64,000 nt of DNA from Bdellovibrionales bacterium (GTDB lineage Bacteria; Bdellovibrionota; Bdellovibrionia; Bdellovibrionales; UBA1609): assembly GCA_050246815.1 (NCBI GenBank), contig JBFWVI010000009.1, positions 3,238 through 67,237 of the forward strand, read 5' to 3'. Below, one piece after another: positions 22,730 to 31,574 of this stretch; the stretch's first letter is position 1, and each line of letters opens with the position of its first letter. Made by a program: the position numbers and the translations under genes. The notes beneath the pieces were generated by a model. It did not search any database, was not told where the DNA came from, and was given only the letters and a program-made list of their open reading frames with translations.

Positions 22730-24073
22730 ATGAAATGGCTGGTGATGTTGTTAGACCATCTTTGGATCTGGGGTTTACTTATTTTTGGTGGACTGGCCTA
22801 TTACGGTGTCGCAAAAAAAAATCGGCAAGAAAATCAGGCAAAAAAAATTTTGCAAAAAGCTGTGGCGACCGGGCTTGATGAGCCGTTGAGTCTGCACCCA
22901 GAGGTCGACCCGGCGAAATGCGCGGGTTGTGGCGCCTGCACGAAGGTTTGCCCCGAAGGTGACATTCTTAAAATGATCAACAGCAAGGCTGTTTTGGTTT
23001 CACCAACGAAGTGTGTGGGCCACGGCGAATGCGAGCGCGCCTGCCCCTTTGGCGCCATTGACTTGGTATTTGGCACTAAAAAACGTGGTGTCGATATTCC
23101 ACGCCTTTCTAAGAACTATGAAACAAATGTACCTGGACTGTATATTGCGGGTGAGTTGGGCGGCATGGGGCTGATCCGCAATGCGATCAAACAAGGCCAT
23201 CAGGCTGCAGATCATGCCTTGAGCAATTTAAATCCCAGCGTGAAATCCGACACGGATGTGCTTGTCGTTGGGGCTGGTCCCGCCGGATTGGCGGTATGCC
23301 TGACGGCGATCGTGCATAAAAAGCGTTATCTATGTATTGAGCAGAATACGGCCGGTGGTACGGTTTATAATTTTCCTCGGCAAAAAGTTGTGATGACCCA
23401 TCCAGCGGATCTGCCGGGTGTAGGGAAAATGAAGTTTCCGCGTAATGTGGTTTCAAAAGAGGAGCTGTTGCACTATTGGAATCAAGTGCGGCAAAAGGTC
23501 GGAATTAAGATTAGAGAAAATGAAAAATTTGAGGGACTTGAAAAGGTCGGAGATCATTTCAAAGTCAAGACCTCAAAGGCGGAGTACATGGCCCAAAAGG
23601 TTGTCTTGGCTATGGGTGTGCGAGGCTCGCCTAGGCGCTTGGGCTTGCCAAATGAAGACACGACAGGTGTGGCTTATAACTTGATTGATCCGGCACAATA
23701 TACGAACAAAAAAATCGCGGTGGTGGGCGGCGGTAATGCCGGTGTGGAAGCTGCGCAGATGCTGGCTAACCCTAAATATAAAAATCAGGTGACTTTGTTG
23801 GTGCGTGGTCCTGCATTTGATCGTTGCAATGAGGACAATAAGCGAATTATTGAGGATATGGCCCAAAAAAAAATGGTCCAAATTTGGTATGAAGCCCAAG
23901 TGAAGGAAATTAAAAAAGACCAGCTGAATATTGAGCGTGCGGGGCAATTGCTGGACATCGAGAATGATCAGCTTTTTGTATTCGCAGGCGCCGAGATGCC
24001 GTTTAAGTTTTTGATGAGCTTAGGAGTCGAAATTAATAAAGCTTTTGGTCAGAAATTGAAGTCGGGTGGATAA
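22730..24073 (+). CDS. Membrane-anchored 2x[Fe-S] ferredoxin-domain / FAD-NAD(P)H oxidoreductase
   Basis: 447 aa. The N-terminal TM helix is followed by a K/R-rich stretch. The first cluster motif is CAGCGACTKVCP; the second is CVGHGECERACP, with His where the second Cys is expected. Two Rossmann motifs are present: VLVVGAGPAGLA and IAVVGGGNAGVEAA. No CXXC dithiol occurs outside the Fe-S domain. Confidence 0.8.
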   Translation: MKWLVMLLDHLWIWGLLIFGGLAYYGVAKKNRQENQAKKILQKAVATGLDEPLSLHPEVDPAKCAGCGACTKVCPEGDILKMINSKAVLVSPTKCVGHGECERACPFGAIDLVFGTKKRGVDIPRLSKNYETNVPGLYIAGELGGMGLIRNAIKQGHQAADHALSNLNPSVKSDTDVLVVGAGPAGLAVCLTAIVHKKRYLCIEQNTAGGTVYNFPRQKVVMTHPADLPGVGKMKFPRNVVSKEELLHYWNQVRQKVGIKIRENEKFEGLEKVGDHFKVKTSKAEYMAQKVVLAMGVRGSPRRLGLPNEDTTGVAYNLIDPAQYTNKKIAVVGGGNAGVEAAQMLANPKYKNQVTLLVRGPAFDRCNEDNKRIIEDMAQKKMVQIWYEAQVKEIKKDQLNIERAGQLLDIENDQLFVFAGAEMPFKFLMSLGVEINKAFGQKLKSGG

Positions 24074-24943
24074 ATGATCGCGTGGTTCGGCCGACAATTG
24101 ATTTTGCTTTGGTTTTTTATCGCGCTGATCCTGTGTTGGGAGTACTTAGCCTTGAACTACAGTCCTGGCTTAAGTCTATTGTTGTTTGCAAAAATAAAGT
24201 GGCCCTATTGGGCAGAAGTCGATTTTTCGACAAAACCTGGAAAGCCGATCAGCTATGCATTGGGTTGGATCGGTTTTGGGTTTATGGTCTCTACAAACTT
24301 TTATATTTTGCGTAAGCGTTTGGGCATTATGCAAAAGTGGGGCAACCCATCGGTCTGGCTGGATTATCATATTTTTTGTGGTTTGATCGGCCCCACTCTT
24401 ATTATTTTTCATACTGACTTTAAAGTTCGTGGCTTGGTCGCAATTAGTTTTTGGTCCATGATGATCGTTGCGGGCAGCGGTATTTTAGGACGATATCTGT
24501 ATATGAAGGTCTTGATTGGCGCAGCCGAATTGAGGGGGCAGATTCAAGAGTGGGATAAAAAAATTTCGACCTTAATCACATCCAGCAAAAAAAATGTGAC
24601 CGAAGCTGAGATCGCGGGCTTAAAAGGGATGGCACTGCAATACGCGGGGGCCACGCCGCTGACGGAAGAGGTCGTGGGGTTGAGTGGATTATTTAAAATC
24701 GTTTGGTTTTCTGTTGTTGGCGATATCAAAATATTTTTTTCGCATGCGGGGATTGGACGCCATCTTCATCCGTTGGCACCTATTGTACTTTTAAATTACG
24801 CCACCACGGTCCGGCGCGAACTCACGCTTGAACCCTTTCGCCGTCTTTTGGGCTACTGGCATGCGTTTCATGTGCCCTTTACGTTCGCGATGTACATCAC
24901 GGCTATCATCCACATCGTGGTCGTCTCGCTGCTGCGGGTCTAA
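24074..24943 (+). CDS. Integral membrane protein with two H-x13-H helices (candidate di-heme b-type cytochrome)
   Basis: 289 aa with about 5 hydrophobic helices. YHIFCGLIGPTLIIFH and FHVPFTFAMYITAIIH each carry two His separated by exactly 13 residues. The start codon abuts the upstream stop with zero gap. Confidence 0.6.
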   Translation: MIAWFGRQLILLWFFIALILCWEYLALNYSPGLSLLLFAKIKWPYWAEVDFSTKPGKPISYALGWIGFGFMVSTNFYILRKRLGIMQKWGNPSVWLDYHIFCGLIGPTLIIFHTDFKVRGLVAISFWSMMIVAGSGILGRYLYMKVLIGAAELRGQIQEWDKKISTLITSSKKNVTEAEIAGLKGMALQYAGATPLTEEVVGLSGLFKIVWFSVVGDIKIFFSHAGIGRHLHPLAPIVLLNYATTVRRELTLEPFRRLLGYWHAFHVPFTFAMYITAIIHIVVVSLLRV

Positions 24944-24951
24944 TGTCGCTT

Positions 24952-26253
24952 TTACTGCGGAACGACCCGCCAAATGGATCCTGAGTCGGTGGCCACGTAC
25001 AAATTGCCGTCGGGACCCTGGACCAAAGAGCGAATGCGCTGCGCGGGTAAACCCACTTGAGTAACGCTGGCCACGCTATTGTTGGCATTGAGGCGCAGGC
25101 GATCTAGTCGTGTGGCAGCCATGACCCCTACCAAAAGACTGCCTTCCCACGCTTTCCACTGTGTGCCGTATAAAAACACGCTGGGGCCCATACCTTGGGA
25201 TTGGCCGTTGTTGGTGTACACCGGCATCATGGCGTTCACGAACTTGCCAGTGTCGGTCATTGGAGTCAGGGCGCCGTTGGTTTTGTTGGAAACATAACCA
25301 CAGTAGTTGTCGTTGCAGGTGACTCCGGCTTCGGGTCTTGGGTCCCAGCCTGAGTTGCCGCCAGCCGCGAGGGGTGTGACTTCATCGGTGTGGCCGGGGC
25401 CGTGCTCAGAGGAAAATGGTTGATTGGAACCAGGGCGAAAGGCGATCCCTTGAACATTTCGATGACCAAAAGTAAAAATGCGCGGATCGGCCCCGGCGGG
25501 AGCGTTGTTGCCAGGAGCGGCGGTGCCGTTACCGGTCACGCGTAAAACTTTGCCCCCCAAGCGGGTCAGATCTTGTGGCAGCGGACCGTTGTGATTGTCG
25601 CCCGTGGTGACATACAAATAGCCGTCAGGTCCGAAGCGCAAACGTCCGCCGCTGTGAGCGCCCGCCCCACCCCAGCTGTTGCCTGCGTTTTTATAAGCAA
25701 TGTCGGTGATGATGTCCGTGCGGTTGGCGACCATTGTGTAGCCGGCATCTACCGTCAGGCGAATCACGCGATTGGTGCGGGGGTTGGTGGACAGATTTGA
25801 GGCCATATAAACATAGATCGTACGGTTTGTGGCGAAGTTGGGGTCCACCGCCACGCCGAGCATGCCGCTTTGGCCCTCACAGAACATATCAGCAGCCACA
25901 AGGGCCGAGCCCGCAGAGCCAAACAAGCGCGTCACTGAACCATCCGCACGGCGAACTGAAAGGCCGTTGCAACGTTCGGTGAACAGCATGGCATTGTCGG
26001 GAGTGAAGGCCAAATCCCAAGGATTGCTCAAGCCTGTCATGAAATCCGTGCGCTGCAAAGTGGGCTCGACATTGCTTGAGGGCTCAAGAGGTGTGCCGCT
26101 GCCAGGGGGGGGAGGGGTGCCACCACCGGGACCGCCACTGCTGCCTTGATTGTTAGCTTGTTGCGAGTCAAAGCCACCGGTGCAGTTTTGAGCAATGACA
26201 ATGGAGCTAGCCAAAATGGCCAGTAACCCCAGCATTTTCACCCGACGACGCAT
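24952..26253 (-). CDS. PQQ-dependent (soluble aldose/sorbosone-type) sugar dehydrogenase, lipoprotein
   Basis: Family-typical motifs FGHRNVQGIAFRP and EHGPGHTDEV. The ATG at 26253 follows an AGGGGGA RBS. The signal is ...LASSIVIAQNC, followed by a Gly/Pro-rich tether. Confidence 0.8.
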   Translation of the reverse strand: MRRRVKMLGLLAILASSIVIAQNCTGGFDSQQANNQGSSGGPGGGTPPPPGSGTPLEPSSNVEPTLQRTDFMTGLSNPWDLAFTPDNAMLFTERCNGLSVRRADGSVTRLFGSAGSALVAADMFCEGQSGMLGVAVDPNFATNRTIYVYMASNLSTNPRTNRVIRLTVDAGYTMVANRTDIITDIAYKNAGNSWGGAGAHSGGRLRFGPDGYLYVTTGDNHNGPLPQDLTRLGGKVLRVTGNGTAAPGNNAPAGADPRIFTFGHRNVQGIAFRPGSNQPFSSEHGPGHTDEVTPLAAGGNSGWDPRPEAGVTCNDNYCGYVSNKTNGALTPMTDTGKFVNAMMPVYTNNGQSQGMGPSVFLYGTQWKAWEGSLLVGVMAATRLDRLRLNANNSVASVTQVGLPAQRIRSLVQGPDGNLYVATDSGSIWRVVPQ

Positions 26254-26436
26254 AATATTCCCCCTGATTGCGGTTTGATCTAAACCTGGTCTCATTGGGA
26301 TCTATTGTGAGATTGTTGGGGCGGGTTTGTCCAGAGCAAGATGGGCATAGGCAGAATACGGTTTAGTTTAACGCGATTGTGTGTAGGTTTGCCGACAATT
26401 TGAAAAGGGAGCGCAAGCAGCTCCCCTTTCGATCAT

Positions 26437-27036
26437 TTATTTTTGAATCGAGCAGACTTGTTTGGTTTGCAGGATGGTCATAACGCCATCTGGCACTTCG
26501 AAAGTTTCTGGTTCGTTGTTGAAGTAGCTTTCGTAGCTGAAGCCGTCAGGGCCCTCGATCGCGAATTCGGTACCCGAGATCGGCAGGCTTTGGCCATCTT
26601 GCATTGCGCTGACGAGTGTTTTGGTGCCGTCGAGTTCACGTTGGTAAACATTTTCTGTACGACTGGTTCGGGTTTTGCTTTCGCTGCCGTTGAAAGTTGT
26701 GGTGGTGGTGATGTCTGAAATTTCTTTGAATTGGCCGCCGTTCAATTCTTGCGAGGTGGTGGTGCGGACCGCGCTGTAGGCGTAAACCACTTGTCCGTTC
26801 TGATCTAACTGTTCGCCGGTGGTGCGGTATTCCGCCGCATGAGCTTGCAATGTTTTGGTGCGAGTGGCGCGAAGCATACTTTTTACGACTTCGATCGGAT
26901 GTTGTTCCCCTTTGTCTGCTGTGAACTGTTGATAGCTGGTGCTTATGCAGCTAATTTTTTCGGTCGTGGTCAGAGACGCGTGAGCAGCGGCGCCGGTGAA
27001 GCTTAGGGCAAGTGCGAGCCCAATCGTTAATTTCAT
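26437..27036 (-). CDS. Hypothetical secreted protein
   Basis: The internal ATG at 27036 gives MKLTIGLALALSFTGAAAHA (signal peptide). The protein is Thr-rich and no family was recognised. Confidence 0.5.
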   Translation of the reverse strand: MKLTIGLALALSFTGAAAHASLTTTEKISCISTSYQQFTADKGEQHPIEVVKSMLRATRTKTLQAHAAEYRTTGEQLDQNGQVVYAYSAVRTTTSQELNGGQFKEISDITTTTTFNGSESKTRTSRTENVYQRELDGTKTLVSAMQDGQSLPISGTEFAIEGPDGFSYESYFNNEPETFEVPDGVMTILQTKQVCSIQK

Positions 27037-27160
27037 CGAGTTCCCCCTCGTCGAATGTTGTGAGCGGCAGATTAAGGGGGGCATCTGCGCGAGTCCAGAT
27101 TCGCGTAAAGAGTGAAACCTTTACAGAACTCAATTGAGGACAAAGCGGCGGATTTTGCCG

Positions 27161-28618
27161 CTACGTCACTTTGATTTTTTCGACTTCAGCCAGATATTTT
27201 TTGGTTCCCTCTGGAAGTTCGCGCCACAGTTTGACGGCAAAGAACAGCCCCAGCAGAGTGAACGGAATTAAAAACGCGGGCCAATAATGCCAAGTATGGG
27301 CCGAAACCAGTGCGCCCAGCACAAATTCTTGAAATGAAGAGCCCAGCTTCGAGAACCCATCCGCAACTCCGGTGGCGGTGGCGGCGCGGCGGCGGCCACC
27401 AAAATCGGCGGTGGCTGTACCCGACATAATCGAGTGAACGCCAATCACCGCCATCATGATCACGAGGGCGCCTGCACCCACAACATGGGGATTGTTGCTG
27501 ATGGTGAGTAGCATGCAAAGAGCCGCGATAAACATCACAACTTGCATCATGCCAGCGACCGGCGCCCGGCGAGAGTGGAAGAACTTATCGGAAACCCAGC
27601 CCGCGAAGAAGGCGCCGATGATACCCGTGACGCAGGCCCACAGACCCCAGTTGTGGGTGATGATATCCACGCCCATATTGGTGTCTTTGACGAACAGGCG
27701 GTACCATTTCATCACACCGTCACGCAAAACACCTGACGTGAACTCGATGATCCCAATCATGAGCAAGACGCGGTTTGAAAGTACCGATTTAATCACTTTC
27801 CACCATGTGCTGAGGTCGGTGTTGTCGTCATGGGAGGCATCATGGGTTTCAAGCCGCCCAAAGCCCGCTTCATCGGGCGAGTCTTTGATCAAAATCAAAT
27901 CGATAAATGCCCACAAAAGCAAAAATCCGGCGGGAATAAAGAACAGCAGCCAAAACGCTGAGACCTCGGCCATGTGAAGGCCAAAGAGGCTTTGCATAAA
28001 TTCACGAAATGGGTAGCTGTCACCTTCAAACTGCACATTGACCGCTCTGACAATGGCTTCGGTCCAGTCAAAGGCAAAATACACTCCCAAAGAAATAAGC
28101 GTGCCGAAGATCGCACCAAAAGTGCCGCGCTCGCGCACATGAAACCAAAAAGATTTCACTTTGATCGTCGAGATCGCACCAAAACTTTGAAAGAACATAT
28201 TGCACGAATAAAGTACCGACAAAACGATCACGATGTTCATGGACACTGAGTCGTGCAAGTAAAGATAAAGTGCCCAGCCCATCAGTATATTGAAAATCGC
28301 AGCACCCAGGCTTGCCAAAATCATCCCCTTTTTGCCGCCCACGCGGTCAATCAGGGGGCCTGTGGTGAAGAGCGCGGCAGCATAGATGAAAAAACCCCAG
28401 CCGGAGATCTGGCTCTTTTGCGCCTTGGTGATGACCTCGGCCGTGGCCAGGGCATCCAGGTTATAACGGGCCATGTACATGAAGGCATAGGTCATACCGA
28501 GCGGGAACCAACTTAAGAATCGGCGCCACATGAATTTCTTGCTGTGATTCATGGGGTTGCGCATGAAATAAAGCGTGATGATGTAAGTGATCAGGCCGCT
28601 GACAATCAACAGCTGCAT
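27161..28618 (-). CDS. MFS transporter (organophosphate:phosphate antiporter-like)
   Basis: 485 aa, about 12 TM helices. The N-terminal region WRRFLSWFPLGMTYAFMYMARYNL resembles GlpT/UhpC-type OPA-family starts. It is the last gene of the phnDCE strand block. Confidence 0.75.
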   Translation of the reverse strand: MQLLIVSGLITYIITLYFMRNPMNHSKKFMWRRFLSWFPLGMTYAFMYMARYNLDALATAEVITKAQKSQISGWGFFIYAAALFTTGPLIDRVGGKKGMILASLGAAIFNILMGWALYLYLHDSVSMNIVIVLSVLYSCNMFFQSFGAISTIKVKSFWFHVRERGTFGAIFGTLISLGVYFAFDWTEAIVRAVNVQFEGDSYPFREFMQSLFGLHMAEVSAFWLLFFIPAGFLLLWAFIDLILIKDSPDEAGFGRLETHDASHDDNTDLSTWWKVIKSVLSNRVLLMIGIIEFTSGVLRDGVMKWYRLFVKDTNMGVDIITHNWGLWACVTGIIGAFFAGWVSDKFFHSRRAPVAGMMQVVMFIAALCMLLTISNNPHVVGAGALVIMMAVIGVHSIMSGTATADFGGRRRAATATGVADGFSKLGSSFQEFVLGALVSAHTWHYWPAFLIPFTLLGLFFAVKLWRELPEGTKKYLAEVEKIKVT

Positions 28619-28700
28619 AGGTCCCCCGGGAAATATTTGGTTACTTTGGAGTATCGGGGGGCTGCAGTTTAGTCAACATAGGGAAGGGCCACACACCGCG

Positions 28701-29726
28701 CTATTTTAGCGCTTCGCGTAGGTAGGCGCTGGAAATATCGAGCAGCCAGACCACGGCAGCAATAACCGCGATCAGACAGCTGACTTGGGGCCACTGCGCG
28801 CGCATGGAATACTGGTACAAAAGCGTGCCAATGCCACCGCCGCCTGCAAAACCGATAATAGTCGCCATTCGCACGTTGGTGTCCCAGCGGTAAATCGTAA
28901 ACGAGATGTAGGGCAAAAGCACTTGTGGCACAACGCCATACCAGATGGTTTGCATCTTATTGGCGCCAGTGGCCGCAATGCTGTCGATTGGGCCGGCCTG
29001 AGCGCTTTCAATCAGCTCAGAGTATTGTTTGGTCAAGGAAGCAATGGATTGCATCATCAGCGCCAACATGCCGGCAAAGGGGCCAACGCCCACCCACACG
29101 GCAAAAATAATGGCCCAGATCACAGGTTCGACAGAGCGGATGATATTAAAGAGCGTGCGCAATGTGCCATAAAGCATAAAAGCCGCAGGATGGCTCATCA
29201 AATTTTTAGCGGCGAAGAAGGCCAAAACAAAGGCTATTGGCACGGCCAACAAGGTGGCGATCAAAGCGATATAAATCGTTTCGATGACTTTTTGCACGGC
29301 AACTGCAAGCAGTGTCCAATCGGGTTGAAGCAAACCAAAAAATAATTTTTGCGCAGAGCCAAAACCATCCGAGTCCATGAGCTCGTAAAACGAGAATTCT
29401 GTCTGGCGAGCCCCCATTAGAATCGCAATTAAAAGAGTTAGCAGGAGCTGCCAGCCCCAGACCGAGCGCCACAGCGGTGCATGCGCCGTCAGCCGACTTT
29501 GCCGAGCAAAAAGCAGTGCGCCTAGAGTGATCACATGAAAACGGTTGGCGATCAGCGACAGTGTTAACCCCAGGATAAAGCCGGCCAAGAGAACCCAGGC
29601 ACCGGCAGCAAGGTCAAAATTTTGATTTTGCTCATGAGGGCCAAAAAGGCCCAGGCTCATGGTCAAAAGGATGGCGCTGTTGCAGCCGTCAAAGACCCAT
29701 GGTTTGAGGTTAATTGATTTGAACAT
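28701..29726 (-). CDS. phnE: Phosphonate ABC transporter permease PhnE
   Basis: Polytopic permease. Its context and order match phnD-phnC-phnE. I prefer the start MFKSINLKPW at 29726, which overlaps the phnC end by 17 nt. Confidence 0.8.
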   Translation of the reverse strand: MFKSINLKPWVFDGCNSAILLTMSLGLFGPHEQNQNFDLAAGAWVLLAGFILGLTLSLIANRFHVITLGALLFARQSRLTAHAPLWRSVWGWQLLLTLLIAILMGARQTEFSFYELMDSDGFGSAQKLFFGLLQPDWTLLAVAVQKVIETIYIALIATLLAVPIAFVLAFFAAKNLMSHPAAFMLYGTLRTLFNIIRSVEPVIWAIIFAVWVGVGPFAGMLALMMQSIASLTKQYSELIESAQAGPIDSIAATGANKMQTIWYGVVPQVLLPYISFTIYRWDTNVRMATIIGFAGGGGIGTLLYQYSMRAQWPQVSCLIAVIAAVVWLLDISSAYLREALK

Positions 29727-30486
29727 CTTTGGCCTCAGCCCCGTAAATTTGTTTGAACCAATCTTGGGTGATTTCTTGTGGTGAGCCAGTGAACACCAGG
29801 CGGCCATCGCGTAGGGCGATCACGCGGCTGGCGTATTGGCGGACCAGGCTTAGGAAGTGCAGATTGCAGATGACTGTCAGACCCATCTCTTGATTTATTT
29901 TTTTTAAATAATCCATGATGGAGTGACTGGTTGCGGGATCAAGGCTGGCAACGGGTTCGTCGGCCAGTAAAACACTGGGCTTTTGAGCCAAGGCGCGAGC
30001 AATGGCCACCCGCTGCTGTTGGCCGCCAGACAATTGATCGGCGCGCACGTAGGCTTTCTCCTCGAGACCTACCATGCGTAGCAGCTCGGTGGCGATTTGC
30101 TGATCTTGACGGCTGAATACGTGCAATAAGCTTTTCATGGTGCTGGTATGGGACAAACGGCCCATTAAGATATTGCTTAAGACGTTTTGGCGAGGCACTA
30201 AGTTGTAGCTTTGAAAGATCATCGCGACCTGCTGACGCAGCTGCCGCACCTGCTGGCCAGTCACATGCGTGACGTCTTGGCCTTTGTAAAGCACTTTGCC
30301 ATCACTTGGGTCCAAAAGGCGATTCAGACTGCGCAACAGCGTTGACTTGCCCGAGCCCGAAAGTCCAATCACCACCAAAAATTCGCCGGGTTGCACTTTG
30401 AAGCTGACATCATTAAGCGCCCGGACCCCGTCGGGGTACTGGTGCGACAGATGTTGAACTTCAATAATGGGTGAGTCGGCGGCCAC
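29710..30486 (-). CDS. phnC: Phosphonate ABC transporter ATP-binding protein PhnC
   Basis: Walker A GLSGSGKST, signature [15 protein letters not shown] and Walker B LLADEPVASLD. The GTG at 30486 sits 8 nt after an AGGAA RBS and just downstream of the phnD stop. The ORF-track N-terminal extension overlaps phnD. Confidence 0.85.
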   Translation of the reverse strand: MAADSPIIEVQHLSHQYPDGVRALNDVSFKVQPGEFLVVIGLSGSGKSTLLRSLNRLLDPSDGKVLYKGQDVTHVTGQQVRQLRQQVAMIFQSYNLVPRQNVLSNILMGRLSHTSTMKSLLHVFSRQDQQIATELLRMVGLEEKAYVRADQLSGGQQQRVAIARALAQKPSVLLADEPVASLDPATSHSIMDYLKKINQEMGLTVICNLHFLSLVRQYASRVIALRDGRLVFTGSPQEITQDWFKQIYGAEAKDVQIN

Positions 30487-30499
30487 TTTTTGTTCCTGT

Positions 30500-31414
30500 T
30501 TATTGAGCTGGGTTATTCTGTTCGCTGGCTTCCAGTTCGGCAAACATTTTTCTTGCGGCTTGATAGTCTTGATCGGTCGCCGGCTTGAAGCCACTGACCG
30601 TGAATGTGCTTTCAAGGGCGGCACGGCCCTGGGGCGTGGCGATGAAATCAATCAAGCCTTGGCTGATCGTTTGTTTTATTTCTTCAGGCAAGTCATGACG
30701 AAAGACGATGGCATCGTTGGGAATGGAGTCTGTTAGCTGCACGATTTTGATTTTCTCAATCACATCCGGGTACTGGGTCAAAACCAAACGTCGCGCATCC
30801 TGGATGTCGTTGCCTTCCGGGGGTGAATAGTAAATCGCCCCGGCATCCACTTGCCCCTGATAGATCATCGAGATCACGTTGTCATGGCGTTGGGCATAGA
30901 TGGTCTGCTTGGGTTTGATTTTATTCTCTTTAAACAGGTGGTTGGGCAAAATGTAGCCCGAAGTCGAAGTCGGATCGACAAAAGCAAAACGCTTGCCGTT
31001 GATATCGCTTAATTTTTTAATGCCGCTTTTAACGTGAGCGATAATCGCGGACTGGTAAGTGCTCTGCCCGTTGCGGATCACCGTGAGGCGAGCCTGAGCC
31101 TTATATTTTTGATGGGCCAATACATAACCGTAGGTGTTCAGTGAAGCTACGTCGGCGCGTTTAGAGCCAAAAGCCTCGACCACCGCAATGTAGCTGGTGG
31201 GAACAGAGACTTTGTATTTATATTTGGTGTGAGCCTCGAGGTAGTCTTTGATGGCCTGACCACTTTCTTCAAGCACATTGTGCTCAACCGAAGGTAGCAA
31301 AAAAAATTTAATGGGATTTTGGGTCGAGCCCAACTCACCTTTGGTTTTTGTGCAGGATGTGACGCCCAAAAGCAGCAGGGCAAGGCCGATTGAAAAGGCT
31401 TGGCGTCGCAGCAT
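30500..31414 (-). CDS. phnD: Phosphonate/phosphite ABC transporter substrate-binding lipoprotein PhnD
   Basis: 304 aa with lipobox LLGVTSC and a PhnD-like body (GKRFAFVDPTSTSGYILP). An AGGAG RBS is present. Confidence 0.85.
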   Translation of the reverse strand: MLRRQAFSIGLALLLLGVTSCTKTKGELGSTQNPIKFFLLPSVEHNVLEESGQAIKDYLEAHTKYKYKVSVPTSYIAVVEAFGSKRADVASLNTYGYVLAHQKYKAQARLTVIRNGQSTYQSAIIAHVKSGIKKLSDINGKRFAFVDPTSTSGYILPNHLFKENKIKPKQTIYAQRHDNVISMIYQGQVDAGAIYYSPPEGNDIQDARRLVLTQYPDVIEKIKIVQLTDSIPNDAIVFRHDLPEEIKQTISQGLIDFIATPQGRAALESTFTVSGFKPATDQDYQAARKMFAELEASEQNNPAQ

Positions 31415-31574
31415 CGATCACTCCTATCAAGGGCGTCATTCGCTCTTAGCAAACTATAGGGGCTGTCATCAGAATTGAAGCACTTCAGGTGTTTACGCTC
31501 CTTGTCATGGGGCTAAGGTTTGGCCTTTTCTGCCTCAGGAGCTAAGCTCGTGAGATCCAATCAGGGGAGGGGTT

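Noticed and set aside
31463-31508. Pho-box-like heptamers CTGTCAT (31463-31469) and TTGTCAT (31502-31508) upstream of phnD
   Set aside because: These are single half-sites 39 nt apart rather than the tandem 7+4 nt repeats of a PhoB site. Their orientation relative to the minus-strand promoter is also unclear.
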